From: Planctomycetota bacterium
GTDB lineage: Bacteria > Planctomycetota > Phycisphaerae > UBA1845 > UTPLA1
NCBI GenBank assembly: GCA_003576905.1
Contig: QEVG01000003.1
Coordinates: 51,357-115,356, forward strand
Length of the DNA: 64,000 nt
Reading direction: 5' to 3'
Every line of letters starts with the position of its first letter. Position 1 is the first letter of the stretch. The notes beneath the pieces were generated by a model. It saw only the letters and a program-made list of their open reading frames with translations, was not told where the DNA came from and did not search any database. Shown here in pieces: positions 26,751 to 37,546 of the stretch. A program made the translations under genes and the position numbers.

Positions 26751-29700
26751 TCAGCCCTCGGCCTCGCCGAGCCGCTTTGAAAGCTGATCGTCGATCCGGG
26801 CCCCGCGCACGTTGAAGTACCGCGCCTCGGGGTGGTGGGTAATGATGGCGCTCGTGGACTGCTCCGGATCGAGCTGAAACTCGTCGCTCAGGGTGATACC
26901 GACGCGGCCGGGCTCCAGGAGGGGCCAGAGCTTCGCCTGGTCCTCCAGGTTGGGACACGCCGGATAGCCAAAGCTGTAGCGGCTCCCCTGGTAGCCCTGT
27001 TGAAAGAGCCGCCGGACTTCCCGGGCGTCCTGGCCGGAGATGCCCAGCTCCATGCGGACCTGCTTGTGCATGTACTCCGCGAGAGCCTCGGCGGCCTCAA
27101 CCGAAAGTCCGTGCAGGTGGAGATAGTCGCGGAATCGATTCTGGGCGAACCACTCTCGCGCCACGTCGCTGGCCCTGCGGCCGACAGTGACAATCTGGAA
27201 AGCCGCGACGTCGAATTCGCCGCCGGCGAGTGGCCGCCAGAAATCCGCCAGGCACCAGTACGGCGGCTCCGACTGCCGCGGAAACGTAAAACGCGCGATT
27301 TCCCGCTTCAGCGCGGGCGCCTGGCCCTGCGCCGGCGGCTCAAAGATGACAAGATCGTTGCCCTCGCTGCACGCAGGCCAGTAGCCGTACACAACCTGCG
27401 GGACGAGGATCTCCTCCTTCGCACACCGCCGGGCAAGCTCGTGCAGAATAGGCCGGACCTCGTCCTTGATGAAGGCTTCGTATTCGTCTTTCTTCCGCCC
27501 CGCCGGGGTGTACTGCCATTGCACGCCAAAAAGCATCTTCTCATTGATGTACGGCATGATCGTCTGAAGATTCACGTGCTCAATCACGCGCGACCCCCAG
27601 AACGGCGGCACCGGGACCGGATTGTCGGTGGCAATGGCGCTGCGACCGGGGATCGCGCCGGTCATCGGACGAATCTGTGCGCCTGCCTTTTTCCTTGGGG
27701 CCGTGGTCGGCGTCGCGTCGGCGACGAGGGGCTGCCCGTCGGCGAGCTTCCGCATCAGCGCGAGGCCCTCGAAGGCATCGCCGGCATAGGCGAGCGGTCC
27801 CTTGTATATCGCCCGCAGGTCGTGCTCGACATAGCTGCGCGTCAGGGCGGCGCCGCCGAGGATGACCGGAATCCGAAGCCCGCGCTCGTTCAAAACTTCA
27901 AGGTCGTCGCGCATCACCAGCGTCGACTTGACCAGCAATCCCGAAAGCCCGATCGCGTCGGCGCCGTGCTTTTCATAGGCGTCGATGACGTTCTGAATCG
28001 GCTGCTTGATGCCAAGATTGTGCACCGTGAAGCCGTTGTTGCTGAGGATGATGTCGACGAGGTTTTTGCCGATGTCGTGGACGTCGCCCTTCACGGTCGC
28101 GAGGATGATCGTTCCCTTGCTTTCGCCCGCGACCTTTTCCATGTGCGGTTCGAGATGGGCAACCGCCGCCTTCATCGTTTCGGCCGAGGATAACACGAAC
28201 GGAAGCTGCATCTTGCCCGCCCCGAACAAGTCCCCCACCACTTTCATCCCGTCGAGCAGGAAGGTGTTGATGATCTCGAGCGGCGCGTACTTTTTCATTG
28301 CCTCGTTCAGGTCGGCGTCGAGCCCGATCCGGTCGCCGTCGATAATCCTCTGTTTGAGGCGTTCTTCGATCGGAAGGTCTGCCAGTGTCTTTTTCTTCTC
28401 GCCGACCTTTTCACCCTCGCCAAAGAGCCTGATAAAGTGCTGAAGCGGGTCAAAACCCTCGCGGCGGCGGTCGTAGATGAGGTCCAGCGCGGCATTCCAG
28501 CGTTCGTCGCTGATCTTGTTCTGCGGAAGTATCTTGCTCGCGTGCACGATGGCCGCGGTCAGCCCCCGCTCCATCGCCTCGTGCAGAAAGACCGAATTCA
28601 GCACGGCCCGTGCCGCCGGGGCGAGTCCGAAGCTCACGTTCGATACGCCCAGAATCGACCCACAGCGAGGAAACTCCTTCATGACGTGCTCAATACCGTC
28701 GAGCGTCTCGAGCGCCAGACGGCGGTCGGCGTCCACGCCCGTGCTGATGGGGAACGTCAGGCAGTCAAAGAGAATGTTCTCCTCCGCGATGCCGTATTTC
28801 TTCGTCAGGAGTTCGTGCAGCCGGCGGGCGATCTCTATTTTCCGCGCCGCCGTCTTTGCCATCGCCTCGGTGGGATCCTCGTCAATCGTCAGGGCCACAA
28901 CCGCCGCGCCGTACTTCCGGAGCAGCGGACAGACTTTTTCAAGCTTCTCCTCGCCGTCTTCGAGGTTCACCGAATTGACGATGCACTTTCCACCGGAGCG
29001 CTTCAGGCCCGCCTCCAGAATCCGCGACTCGGTGGAATCAAGCATCAGCGGGACGGTCACGTCCTTCACATACCGCGCAACGACGACATCCATGTCCGGC
29101 ACGCCGTCGCGGCCCACATAGTCAACGCAGACATCGAGAACGTGCGCGCCCTCACGCACCTGTTCGCGGCCGATATCCACGAGCCCGTCAATGTCCTGTG
29201 CGAGGAGCAGGTCGCGGAACTTCTTGCTGCCGTTCGTGTTGCTCCGCTCGCCCACGATCAGGAAGCTGTTCTCCTGCCGCAGTGAAACGGCCTGGTAGAC
29301 GCTGGAGCAGCTCGGCGTCGATTGAGGTTCGCGATGCTTGGGGACGAGTCCCCGAACTGCGTCCACCACTACCGCCAAATGTTCAGGCGTCGTCCCGCAA
29401 CACCCCCCGACGAAGTTCACGCCGTCGGCCACCACGAATTCCCGAAGCCAGCGGGCGAGTTCCGCGGGCGTCAGGGCGTAATGCGTTTTTCCATTCACGA
29501 GCTGCGGCAGGCCGGCGTTGGGCACCACGCTGATGAGCCGTGAACTGTGCCGGCACAGATGCCGGACGTGCTCCGACATCTCCTGGGGACCGGTCGCACA
29601 GTTAATGCCGATGACCTGCACCTGCGGGTAGGCCTCCAGCGTCGTCAGGGCCGCCGCGATCTCCGTGCCGACCAGCATCGTGCCGGTCACTTCTATCGTG

Positions 29701-30308
29701 ACGGAGACGAAGATCGGCACGATGCGCGACTTTTCGTGCATCACCTGTGTCGCGGCGCAGATCGCCGCCTTCGCCTGGAGAATGTCCTGGCAGGTCTCGA
29801 TGATCAGGGCGTCCACGCCGCCATCGACCAGGCCGCGCGCCTGTTCCGCGTAACTGTCTTCGAGAATGTCGAAAGTCGTATGGCCGAGCGTGGGCAGTTT
29901 TGTGCCCGGCCCCATTGAGCCCAGGACAAACCGCGGCCGCGCGGGCGTCGAAAAGCCGTCCACGGCGCGCCGGGCGATCTGCGCGGACGAGCGGTTGTAG
30001 GTGTAGGTCTGGTCCGAAAGGCCGAACTCGCCAAGTACGATCTTGTTCGCCCCGAACGTGTTCGTCTCGACGCAGTCGCAACCCACCTTGAGGAATTCGG
30101 CGTGGATCTCCTCGATGAGCTCCGGGCGGGAGTGGCTGATCACTTCCGGACAATTCTCGCAACCGCAATAGTCCTTTTCGACGGACAATTCACGGGCGTA
30201 GATACTGGTTCCCATTGCCCCGTCGAGGACGACGACGCGCTGGGCGGCAAGTTCAAGAAGAGGGTGCTTCAAGGGTAGATTCCTCGGGGCTCCGGTCGGT
30301 AAACTCAC
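26751..30308 (-). CDS. metH: Cobalamin-dependent methionine synthase
   Basis: Full modular architecture: Hcy-binding (GGCCGTTPEH), pterin-binding, B12-binding (TVKGDVHDIGKN) and the AdoMet activation domain. Confidence 0.96.
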   Translation of the reverse strand: MSLPTGAPRNLPLKHPLLELAAQRVVVLDGAMGTSIYARELSVEKDYCGCENCPEVISHSRPELIEEIHAEFLKVGCDCVETNTFGANKIVLGEFGLSDQTYTYNRSSAQIARRAVDGFSTPARPRFVLGSMGPGTKLPTLGHTTFDILEDSYAEQARGLVDGGVDALIIETCQDILQAKAAICAATQVMHEKSRIVPIFVSVTIEVTGTMLVGTEIAAALTTLEAYPQVQVIGINCATGPQEMSEHVRHLCRHSSRLISVVPNAGLPQLVNGKTHYALTPAELARWLREFVVADGVNFVGGCCGTTPEHLAVVVDAVRGLVPKHREPQSTPSCSSVYQAVSLRQENSFLIVGERSNTNGSKKFRDLLLAQDIDGLVDIGREQVREGAHVLDVCVDYVGRDGVPDMDVVVARYVKDVTVPLMLDSTESRILEAGLKRSGGKCIVNSVNLEDGEEKLEKVCPLLRKYGAAVVALTIDEDPTEAMAKTAARKIEIARRLHELLTKKYGIAEENILFDCLTFPISTGVDADRRLALETLDGIEHVMKEFPRCGSILGVSNVSFGLAPAARAVLNSVFLHEAMERGLTAAIVHASKILPQNKISDERWNAALDLIYDRRREGFDPLQHFIRLFGEGEKVGEKKKTLADLPIEERLKQRIIDGDRIGLDADLNEAMKKYAPLEIINTFLLDGMKVVGDLFGAGKMQLPFVLSSAETMKAAVAHLEPHMEKVAGESKGTIILATVKGDVHDIGKNLVDIILSNNGFTVHNLGIKQPIQNVIDAYEKHGADAIGLSGLLVKSTLVMRDDLEVLNERGLRIPVILGGAALTRSYVEHDLRAIYKGPLAYAGDAFEGLALMRKLADGQPLVADATPTTAPRKKAGAQIRPMTGAIPGRSAIATDNPVPVPPFWGSRVIEHVNLQTIMPYINEKMLFGVQWQYTPAGRKKDEYEAFIKDEVRPILHELARRCAKEEILVPQVVYGYWPACSEGNDLVIFEPPAQGQAPALKREIARFTFPRQSEPPYWCLADFWRPLAGGEFDVAAFQIVTVGRRASDVAREWFAQNRFRDYLHLHGLSVEAAEALAEYMHKQVRMELGISGQDAREVRRLFQQGYQGSRYSFGYPACPNLEDQAKLWPLLEPGRVGITLSDEFQLDPEQSTSAIITHHPEARYFNVRGARIDDQLSKRLGEAEG

Positions 30309-30357
30309 TATTCTAGGGGATTTGCGAAGGGTCGACTAGGAAGCGCCAACATCGCGG

Positions 30358-31557
30358 TCAGGTGCATTTTCGGGCCGTTCGCTCGAACTTCTCGCCAAGG
30401 AGCCGGCGAACGACTCCCTTGAGCTGAAGCGCCGTCAGAGCCACCGCCACGCGGGAAGGCGGCAGACCGGTCTGTTCGCAGAGATCATCCACACCCAGAG
30501 CATCGGCCGCGAGGGCCGCGACAATCTGCTTTTCCGGCTCATCCATGGCTACAAACTCGCCTGAATCCGATAAGGTCGCGGGCGGCTGGGGAGCTGCCGC
30601 TTCGCACATGGCCTTTCCGGCCGCGCCGAACTCCTCCAAGATGTCCTCGAAGCGAGTGGCCAGCTTGGCGGCGCCTTTCTTGATGAGGTCGAGGCAGCCT
30701 GCCGCCTGCGGTGTGTCCACCCGACCGGCAAGGGCAAAGACCTCGCGGTTATAGTCAATGGCCTGGTGGGCAGTGAGAAGGGCTCCGCTTCGTTTCGCCG
30801 CCTCCACGACGAGCACGCCAAGCGAAAGCCCAGCGATGATCCGGTTCCTCGGCGGGAAGTTCTTGGCGTCGGGGGCGACGCACATCGGCAATTCGCTGAT
30901 GACCGCTCCGTGCTGCGCGATCTGTTCCGACATCTCTACGGCATCGGGTGGATATACATGCGAAAGCCCGCAGCCGACGACCGCCAGCGTGCGACCGCCC
31001 GCGGCCAGAGCGCCTCGATGGGCAAAGCTGTCCACCCCGCGGGCCATTCCCGAGACCACGGTCATTCCGGCGTTGGCGGCGAGCGCGCCGAAACGCTCCG
31101 CCTGCTCGGCGCCATAACGGGAGCACGAGCGCGAGCCGACAATGGCCAGGGCAATGACATCGCGGCGGTCCAGCTTGCCTTTAATGTAAATGCACGGCGG
31201 CGGGTCGTCGATTCGACTCAGGGCCACGGGGTACTCATCATCAACGAGACAGATGATCCGGACACCGTGACGCTCGGCGAGCGCGACTTCGGACGCAACA
31301 TCCACCTTGTCGCGCAGCCGGGCAATGTTCTCGGCGATGCGCGGCCCGACGCGCTCCGCCGACGCAAGCATCGCGACGCTTGCACCCAGCACAGCGTCAA
31401 TTCCGCCCAGTTCGCGAAGCAGACTGGCAAACCGGATCGGGCCCACTTCGGGAACCATGGTCAGCCGAAGGTACTTGAGCGCGTTTTCGCTGGCAGTCAC
31501 GATTGGCCGACCCTTCCTGCCCGATGACGGACGACCACATGGGACCGCCGCCAACAA
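30358..31557 (-). CDS. dprA: DNA-processing protein DprA (Smf)
   Basis: Rossmann-like DprA core (VVSGMARGVDS.AH.GAL..GG.T.AV.G.GL...YP..N..L) plus a C-terminal winged-helix (DprA_WH). The start is uncertain (an internal Met is possible). Confidence 0.9.
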   Translation of the reverse strand: MLAAVPCGRPSSGRKGRPIVTASENALKYLRLTMVPEVGPIRFASLLRELGGIDAVLGASVAMLASAERVGPRIAENIARLRDKVDVASEVALAERHGVRIICLVDDEYPVALSRIDDPPPCIYIKGKLDRRDVIALAIVGSRSCSRYGAEQAERFGALAANAGMTVVSGMARGVDSFAHRGALAAGGRTLAVVGCGLSHVYPPDAVEMSEQIAQHGAVISELPMCVAPDAKNFPPRNRIIAGLSLGVLVVEAAKRSGALLTAHQAIDYNREVFALAGRVDTPQAAGCLDLIKKGAAKLATRFEDILEEFGAAGKAMCEAAAPQPPATLSDSGEFVAMDEPEKQIVAALAADALGVDDLCEQTGLPPSRVAVALTALQLKGVVRRLLGEKFERTARKCT

Positions 31558-31755
31558 AGAAGCCCGCGGACATTTGTCCGAGGGCTCATGTTAAACGCAC
31601 AAATGGGATTTGTTGAGACGCGCCCTATGGCACTAAACCCGGACGGCGCCGCCGGCCGACAGGGGCCGCGGCCCGTGCCCCCGCAAGGCCGGCCCTGCCA
31701 ATACGAAGTGCCCCCCTGAGGCCGCGGACAACCCTCCGCGCGACCGCAGGGACCT

Positions 31756-32217
31756 TTACGCCTGGTGCGCCGGCTCCGCGGCTGCCACTTCACCCAGTGG
31801 CCGCCTCCCGGAGTACCCGGCGCCGATTTCGTGGAAATGCCCGATCCGTTCCTCGCCATGGCGCCAGCAGAGCTCGACCTCGCGACCGTCGACGATCGCG
31901 GGAAAATCCACCAGACCCATGCGCCAGTCCTTGAGTTCACAGCCGATGGCGGTGAGTTCCTCGTAAAGGTCACGCAGGCGATCAAGTTCGATCTCGTATT
32001 GCCGGCGAACGGCGTGGTGCTCTTCCTGGCTAACGTCGGGCCGACGGATATGGCAGCGCTCTTCGAGGGAGCTGACCCGCTTGTACTGCTTGACCATGTC
32101 GGCCACGATTCGCTTGACGAGGGGAATCGTCCGATTGGCATGTTCGAGCGTAAAGAGCTTGCGTCGCTTGTTTCGGATCGGGCGGGATTGTGATTGGGGT
32201 GCGTCGTAGACTTCCAT
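31756..32217 (-). CDS. DUF2203-domain protein
   Basis: KLFTLEHANRTIPLV.. and GCELKDWRMGLVDFPAIVDGREVELCWRHGEERIGHFHE match my recollection of the DUF2203 family. ATG at 32217. Confidence 0.7.
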   Translation of the reverse strand: MEVYDAPQSQSRPIRNKRRKLFTLEHANRTIPLVKRIVADMVKQYKRVSSLEERCHIRRPDVSQEEHHAVRRQYEIELDRLRDLYEELTAIGCELKDWRMGLVDFPAIVDGREVELCWRHGEERIGHFHEIGAGYSGRRPLGEVAAAEPAHQA

Positions 32218-32567
32218 GATCTCCTCGCTGCAAACATGCCCTTGCAGGCGGCTTGTCAAGCCTAAGAGTTCCCCCAGAACCACGCCCTGCGCACAGAACT
32301 TCAAACGTCGAGCGTACCAGTCTTCGGCGCGCGTGTCAACGAAAACATCTGGACTTTCGACGTTGTCTTAAATTAGCGCCCTTACAGCGCGCGGCCGCGA
32401 AAGCACAGCGTCCGCTAAAACAAGGCGCATGCAAACGTGCGCGCCCGGCCACTCGCACGACCGACAGGGAGTGGTTCGTTACCGGACATTCGGTCCGTTT
32501 TCCCACAATTCAGGGGATAATTTCGAGGTTGCGTTCAACGCGCGGCCGGCCTGCGAGGAGGAGCGCC

Positions 32568-33158
32568 TCACGGCGCGGCTTGCCCGGCCATCTGCGCCGC
32601 CTGCATAAGGGTCGCGGAACACATGCACAGGAGCATGCCGCCGGAGACGCAGAGGGAAACGATTGCGGGCCATTTCGGCGGCGTGCGCCGGATCAGCGCG
32701 ATGACACCACAAATGACACTCACGAGAGGAAGTCCGCACAGCCCTGCCATGATCAGCACTTGAAGGCCGGGACGGGCCATCAGCGCATCCTGCATCAGCT
32801 TGTTCATCTCTTCCGGTGACATGGTGCTCGGATCGACGCCGCGAAAGACGGACACCATGAAACCGGCGATGACCGCCAGTGTGACCAGCGTCGCGGACGT
32901 ACACACCAGCGCCACCCAGCTCAATACGTTGGTGCCCGTCGCCGGAAGGGCAGGCGGAGCGGAAGCGAAATCGGTCGGGACATCACCGGGGAGCGAGGCG
33001 GTTCGGGCGTCGGCCGGCCGGCGGCCGATCGTGCTGTCCGTCACGGCCGGTGCGGTTACGACCTTTCGACAATAGGGACATGTCACGGCCTGATTGGCCA
33101 GTTCATCGTCCACCTCGATCGGCTGTCCGCATGCAACGCAGAAGAACTGTATCGCCAT
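32568..33158 (-). CDS. Membrane protein with N-terminal zinc ribbon
   Basis: CVACGQPIEV..VTCPYCRK followed by 3-4 TM helices. No family assigned. Confidence 0.6.
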   Translation of the reverse strand: MAIQFFCVACGQPIEVDDELANQAVTCPYCRKVVTAPAVTDSTIGRRPADARTASLPGDVPTDFASAPPALPATGTNVLSWVALVCTSATLVTLAVIAGFMVSVFRGVDPSTMSPEEMNKLMQDALMARPGLQVLIMAGLCGLPLVSVICGVIALIRRTPPKWPAIVSLCVSGGMLLCMCSATLMQAAQMAGQAAP

Positions 33159-33319
33159 TGTGCCCGTTCACTCCCTGCGCGGCCCGAAGGAGCGCCGCGG
33201 AATGGTGAATGTAACCGATGGCCGGAGAATTGCCCAATCGAGACGGACCCTGTCCGGAAACATCGGAATTGCAGAAACCAGCCGGCGAGAAAGGAAAAGG
33301 CGACTGCGGCAACCCGGGG

Positions 33320-34897
33320 TCAGCCGCCCATGACCGCCGTTAGAAAATCGGCGAGATCGTCGAGCGATACGAGATAATCGCCCGTGAAGTCGCCTCGCGC
33401 GACCGGATCGAGCGCCGGAAACGCGGCGTAGTATGCGGCCGGTCCATTCAGGACAAGGTCCACGTACGAGGCGATATCAAGACCGTTCACGTTTCCGTCG
33501 CCGTTGAGGTCGCCCTTCGGCAGTCCGGGATCATTCAGAATAACCGCCTTCGCAAGCGGATCGCCGACCACGATCTGCTGCCAACTGAGGCAAGGCAGCG
33601 ACGCATAGGCCGCCTCGCCCCATGTCATCCCGTGTACCAGGAAGTTCACGAACAGGAATTCGTTGTCGGGGATACTGAAGCTGAACGGCTCCCAGACGTT
33701 TCCAACGGCGAACGTTCCGCCGGCGGTGATGAAATCCGCGAGCTGTTCCAGTCCGGCGGCGGTTCCGAGGCCGTTGAGCGCGCGGCCGTTGTAGGACTCG
33801 ATCGTGTTGAAGATCGCCCCCGGTGGAAAGTTGAACCCGTCGATATAAGTTGCCGTGCCGGGCGGATCCTCTCCGAGGCCCGCGACCGCGTCGTGGTTTT
33901 CGCCATAGGACGCGTACGCGATGATCGGCATGGTCTCCTCGGCCGACGAAATGAAGTCGAATGTGCCGTCGTAGCGAACGTCCCAGCCATCGGCCGAAAG
34001 GATCGCCGCCGTTTCTTCGTAGTCGTCGCCTGCCCGGAACGGGTCGTTCGTCGTAAAGAGCCGGTCGTCGTCAAGGTCCTGGTTGGTTGAAACGTTGAAC
34101 TCGTCAAGAATGATTCGCACGAGCGCCTTGTTGACCCGCAGCGCGCGGGCCCGCTCAATCGTCGCTTCGGCGTCGGCCAGCGTGGTGCCGTCAATCCGAC
34201 ACACGAGATACATGTCGCCCGGTGTCAGGAGCGTCGCCCCGGCCCCATTCGGAATCCATGCGATGTTACTGCGGTTCAGAAACGACTTGGCCGTCATGAT
34301 ATTCGTTCGGTCAAACGTATCGACCCCCGACATGCTCGTGTGATACGGGTTGTCGATCATGTTGTCGGCAAAGCTGTCCATCTGGCCGCCCGCTTCGCCG
34401 GCGTCCAGTTCCTGCCACAGCAACGTGAGTTCGGCGTCGATCGAGCCGAACGTGGCGTCGCCCGCGCTGAACTCCGTGTTGGCATTGTTCGGATTGTCCC
34501 CCACCGGCCCGTTGTCGGTGTCCTGAAGGCGATGCGGGATGGGTCGGATCAGCACGATGGCCAGGATGTCCGACGGCCCCGGACCCGTGCCGGAAAGAAG
34601 ATAATCGCGAATGGGATCTCGAATCTGCGACTTGTACGCGGCATGCGACAGATTCGACGTCAGGATCGTGTTTCGATTCAGGTCGAAGACGTTTTCCGGC
34701 GGAATATCCGGGTGTGCCGCGAGATACGAATCCTTCAACGCCGAAGCATCACCGGCCTGCGAATTGAAGACAACGAGCACCTGCTCCGGGAGAATCTCCG
34801 ACCGCGCCGTCCCGGCGGCGGAAAGCACGAGCGCAATCGCCAAGGCGATTCCTGTAATGGGCCGGGCCGGGCGCGGAACTTGTGTGGAACATGTCAC
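33320..34897 (-). CDS. Secreted protein (possibly TIGR03790-like) with C-terminal dockerin-like module
   Basis: Signal peptide (..IALAIALVLSAAGTARS). The N-terminal LVVFNSQAGDASALKDSYLAAHPDIPPENVFDL resembles the TIGR03790 family (from memory, low certainty). C-terminal GDLNGDGNVNGLDIASYVDLVL...GDFTGDYLVSLDDLADFLTAVM. Confidence 0.75.
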   Translation of the reverse strand: MTCSTQVPRPARPITGIALAIALVLSAAGTARSEILPEQVLVVFNSQAGDASALKDSYLAAHPDIPPENVFDLNRNTILTSNLSHAAYKSQIRDPIRDYLLSGTGPGPSDILAIVLIRPIPHRLQDTDNGPVGDNPNNANTEFSAGDATFGSIDAELTLLWQELDAGEAGGQMDSFADNMIDNPYHTSMSGVDTFDRTNIMTAKSFLNRSNIAWIPNGAGATLLTPGDMYLVCRIDGTTLADAEATIERARALRVNKALVRIILDEFNVSTNQDLDDDRLFTTNDPFRAGDDYEETAAILSADGWDVRYDGTFDFISSAEETMPIIAYASYGENHDAVAGLGEDPPGTATYIDGFNFPPGAIFNTIESYNGRALNGLGTAAGLEQLADFITAGGTFAVGNVWEPFSFSIPDNEFLFVNFLVHGMTWGEAAYASLPCLSWQQIVVGDPLAKAVILNDPGLPKGDLNGDGNVNGLDIASYVDLVLNGPAAYYAAFPALDPVARGDFTGDYLVSLDDLADFLTAVMGG

Positions 34898-35041
34898 CTC
34901 GGTCGTCTCCGATCTCCCCCGTAGCGTTGACGGCTTCCCCCGTAAGCACCGCGGCCCCCACGCGCGGGTCGGCGCGACATGGCTTGCTGCTTGCGGAATG
35001 ATCCCGGATCGGGAATCTCTGGCCTGCCGGTACCGATTATA

Positions 35042-37240
35042 TCACGGTTGCAGAATCGCTGCGACGAATTCGTCGACGTCCATTTCGTCCGCCGCGCCGG
35101 AGAGATTCATGTCGGCCGTGCACCGCTGGAAAAACGTGCCGCCGTAAAGTACGACATTCACGAAAGCCCCGACGTCCTCGCCATTTACGAGGCCATCGGC
35201 GTTTACATCACCCCTGAGGCAGTCGACGTCCCCGGTCACAACCAGCGCGTATCCCTGCGTCCCCGCATTCACCGCCGCCGCGTTGACATCGATGCGCCAC
35301 ACACCCAGCGCCGGCGCGGTCCGGTGAACCTGTTCGGTGTTGTTCTTGAAGTCCGCCGCGCCGCCCGTTGTCGATTCCGCGCCGCTGAAGTCGTTTCCGA
35401 GGTACGCGCCGGCGTCGGGCGCCGTGACGACGAGGTCGAGGTTATTGACCGGCGTGAATGCCGCATTCAGCGCAGCCGGTTCATCGGTCCAGACCAGTGT
35501 CACTTTGAGCGGCATGGACACCGCGCCGACCCCCACGTAATACGTGTGGATTTCTCCCGTCGAGAGGCCGTCGGCATTGCGTATGTCCTCGATGAGCAGC
35601 CGCCGGTCATCACCCGCCAGGTAGATCGCGTCGTCCATGAGCACGCGGCCCCAGCCTTCGCTGTTTGTCATGTAGCCCGGCATGCCGCTCATATCCACCG
35701 CTGAGTTGATCACCAGCGCCTTCAGCAGGGCTCCGGTGGGCGTGAAAGCGTGAGCCGGCGCCGCGAATCCCGTCGGGTACATTCCCTCCATGCAATACTG
35801 CCGGGCCAGCGCCGCCAGTCCCGCCACCGACGGCGTCGCGAAAGACGTGCCGCCGCCGGCGCCGGTGTCGTTAATGCCGCACGCGGAATTGTCCAGCGCC
35901 GAACGCGAGCCGCACGCGACACCGAACACCTCGGGCTTCAGGCGGCCGTCGGTCGTCGGACCCGTTGAACCCCTGCAATAGTTTCCCTGATTGGGCGTGT
36001 CGCTCGTACCGGCCACGGCCAGGCAGTTTTTGGCGTTCTCCGGTGTGCCGCTTGCGCCGAAGTTTGCCACGGCGACAAGCACCATGTCGTCCTCGTAGGT
36101 CCGGGTGAATTGATCGATGTCCCGCGCCCACGACCCGTAGGAAGTGGAACTGCTGCCCCAGCTGTTGCTGTGAATCCTCGCCCCGTCGTTATGGGCGATG
36201 GGAAGGCGGTTGCTCAGGATCATCTGCCCGCCGCTGAGGACGCCGGGATAATGTTGAAACACCAGCCGGGCCTTGTAGGCCATGCCTTTCAGATCCAAAG
36301 TCGAATTGGCCAGTTCATCCCCGACGCAGTTGCCCGCGACGTGCGTGCCGTGGTCGCCGAAGGTCGGATTGATGCCCGCCCCGTAGTATGCCTGAATCTT
36401 CCGGTGAAGCGGGCCGATCGGGTTGCCTCCGGGATCGGCAAAGGCGCAGTGGGCGTCATACATGTCCCAGTCGATCAGGCCGATTATCTGGTTCTCGCCA
36501 TGGAGTCCCGCGTCCCAGAGCGTCCGCGCTTCGGAGATGTTGCTTTGAAGAATCCATGAATTCGAGGCATTGCGCGGCTCGGCTTCGAGCACTTCCTCGA
36601 CAAACATGACTTCTTTCATGCGGCCGATCTCCGCGATCTTTACAAGCGGTACTTCGGCGATGAACTGCCTGCGTGTTCCGCGCCGTGCTTCGGCGCGAAC
36701 CGCGGCCCCCCGGGCTTCCAATGCTTCCCGATCCGTGCCCGCCGGGACCCCTGAAAACGTCTCGATCGCAAGTAGACGGCGGCCGCGACGCTCGATCTCC
36801 CGCCGCTCGCGCGACGCGGCGGCGACCCTCCCCACGGTCGGGCAGAGCTTCCAGGAATCCTCAAAAATGCCGACCCAGTCCACAAAGCCCAGATCGGCGA
36901 GAGCCCGTGCATCCGCTCCGCCGAGTTCTGCAACGTACGCATGGACAGGCAGATACTCGCGCAACCCTACGCCCGCAGCGACAAGTGCCGCTCTGCGGTG
37001 CGGCGTCATCGGGCCGTCGAGGTGAATGACATATCGCTGGGAGCCATCGAAGACCGCATTGGGTGAAAGCATCGAAGGTTGATGGCCGAGATCGACGGAA
37101 CCGGACTTAAGCAGTAGCTTGCTGCTGGGAAGGTGGTCGAGGTCGGCCACGGCCGCCGGCGCCTGGGCCTGGATTTGCGGCGCGGAAAGAAAGAACCACG
37201 CCCCGACAAGTACAGCCCCAAGTGTTCCGCGCGTCGCCAT
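35042..37240 (-). CDS. Secreted subtilisin-like (S8) serine peptidase with C-terminal dockerin-like module
   Basis: Catalytic triad contexts (D in GLIDWD, HGTHVAGN, GTSFATPSVAGLAAL). ATG at 37240 gives the signal peptide MATRGTLGAVLVGAWFFLSAPQIQAQA. C-terminal GDVNADGLVNGEDVGAFVNVVL...DMNLSGAADEMDVDEFVAAIL. Confidence 0.9.
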   Translation of the reverse strand: MATRGTLGAVLVGAWFFLSAPQIQAQAPAAVADLDHLPSSKLLLKSGSVDLGHQPSMLSPNAVFDGSQRYVIHLDGPMTPHRRAALVAAGVGLREYLPVHAYVAELGGADARALADLGFVDWVGIFEDSWKLCPTVGRVAAASRERREIERRGRRLLAIETFSGVPAGTDREALEARGAAVRAEARRGTRRQFIAEVPLVKIAEIGRMKEVMFVEEVLEAEPRNASNSWILQSNISEARTLWDAGLHGENQIIGLIDWDMYDAHCAFADPGGNPIGPLHRKIQAYYGAGINPTFGDHGTHVAGNCVGDELANSTLDLKGMAYKARLVFQHYPGVLSGGQMILSNRLPIAHNDGARIHSNSWGSSSTSYGSWARDIDQFTRTYEDDMVLVAVANFGASGTPENAKNCLAVAGTSDTPNQGNYCRGSTGPTTDGRLKPEVFGVACGSRSALDNSACGINDTGAGGGTSFATPSVAGLAALARQYCMEGMYPTGFAAPAHAFTPTGALLKALVINSAVDMSGMPGYMTNSEGWGRVLMDDAIYLAGDDRRLLIEDIRNADGLSTGEIHTYYVGVGAVSMPLKVTLVWTDEPAALNAAFTPVNNLDLVVTAPDAGAYLGNDFSGAESTTGGAADFKNNTEQVHRTAPALGVWRIDVNAAAVNAGTQGYALVVTGDVDCLRGDVNADGLVNGEDVGAFVNVVLYGGTFFQRCTADMNLSGAADEMDVDEFVAAILQP

Positions 37241-37427
37241 CCCTTTCGCCTCCAACGACTCGGGGGCGCCCCCCCTGCCGCTTTCACAACACTCGATGAT
37301 ATGCATCTGGCCCGGCCGAAACGAGTACTTCACACCCGATAAGTTCGTGGCTGGGTGCTCGACAAACGTCAGGCCCTATAAACCGCGTGCCCCCATAACG
37401 GCGCAGTGTTATGATATCCCCGAAAAG

Positions 37428-37501
<74 letters not shown>

Positions 37502-37546
37502 ATCGATCCATCCTTCGAGAATCCTGAGTAGCGATCGGAGACTGAC

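Noticed and set aside
30309-30357. Possible cobalamin or SAM riboswitch upstream of metH.
   Set aside because: The dprA-metH spacer is only 49 nt and contains no B12-box or SAM-box sequence. metH is probably co-transcribed with dprA.
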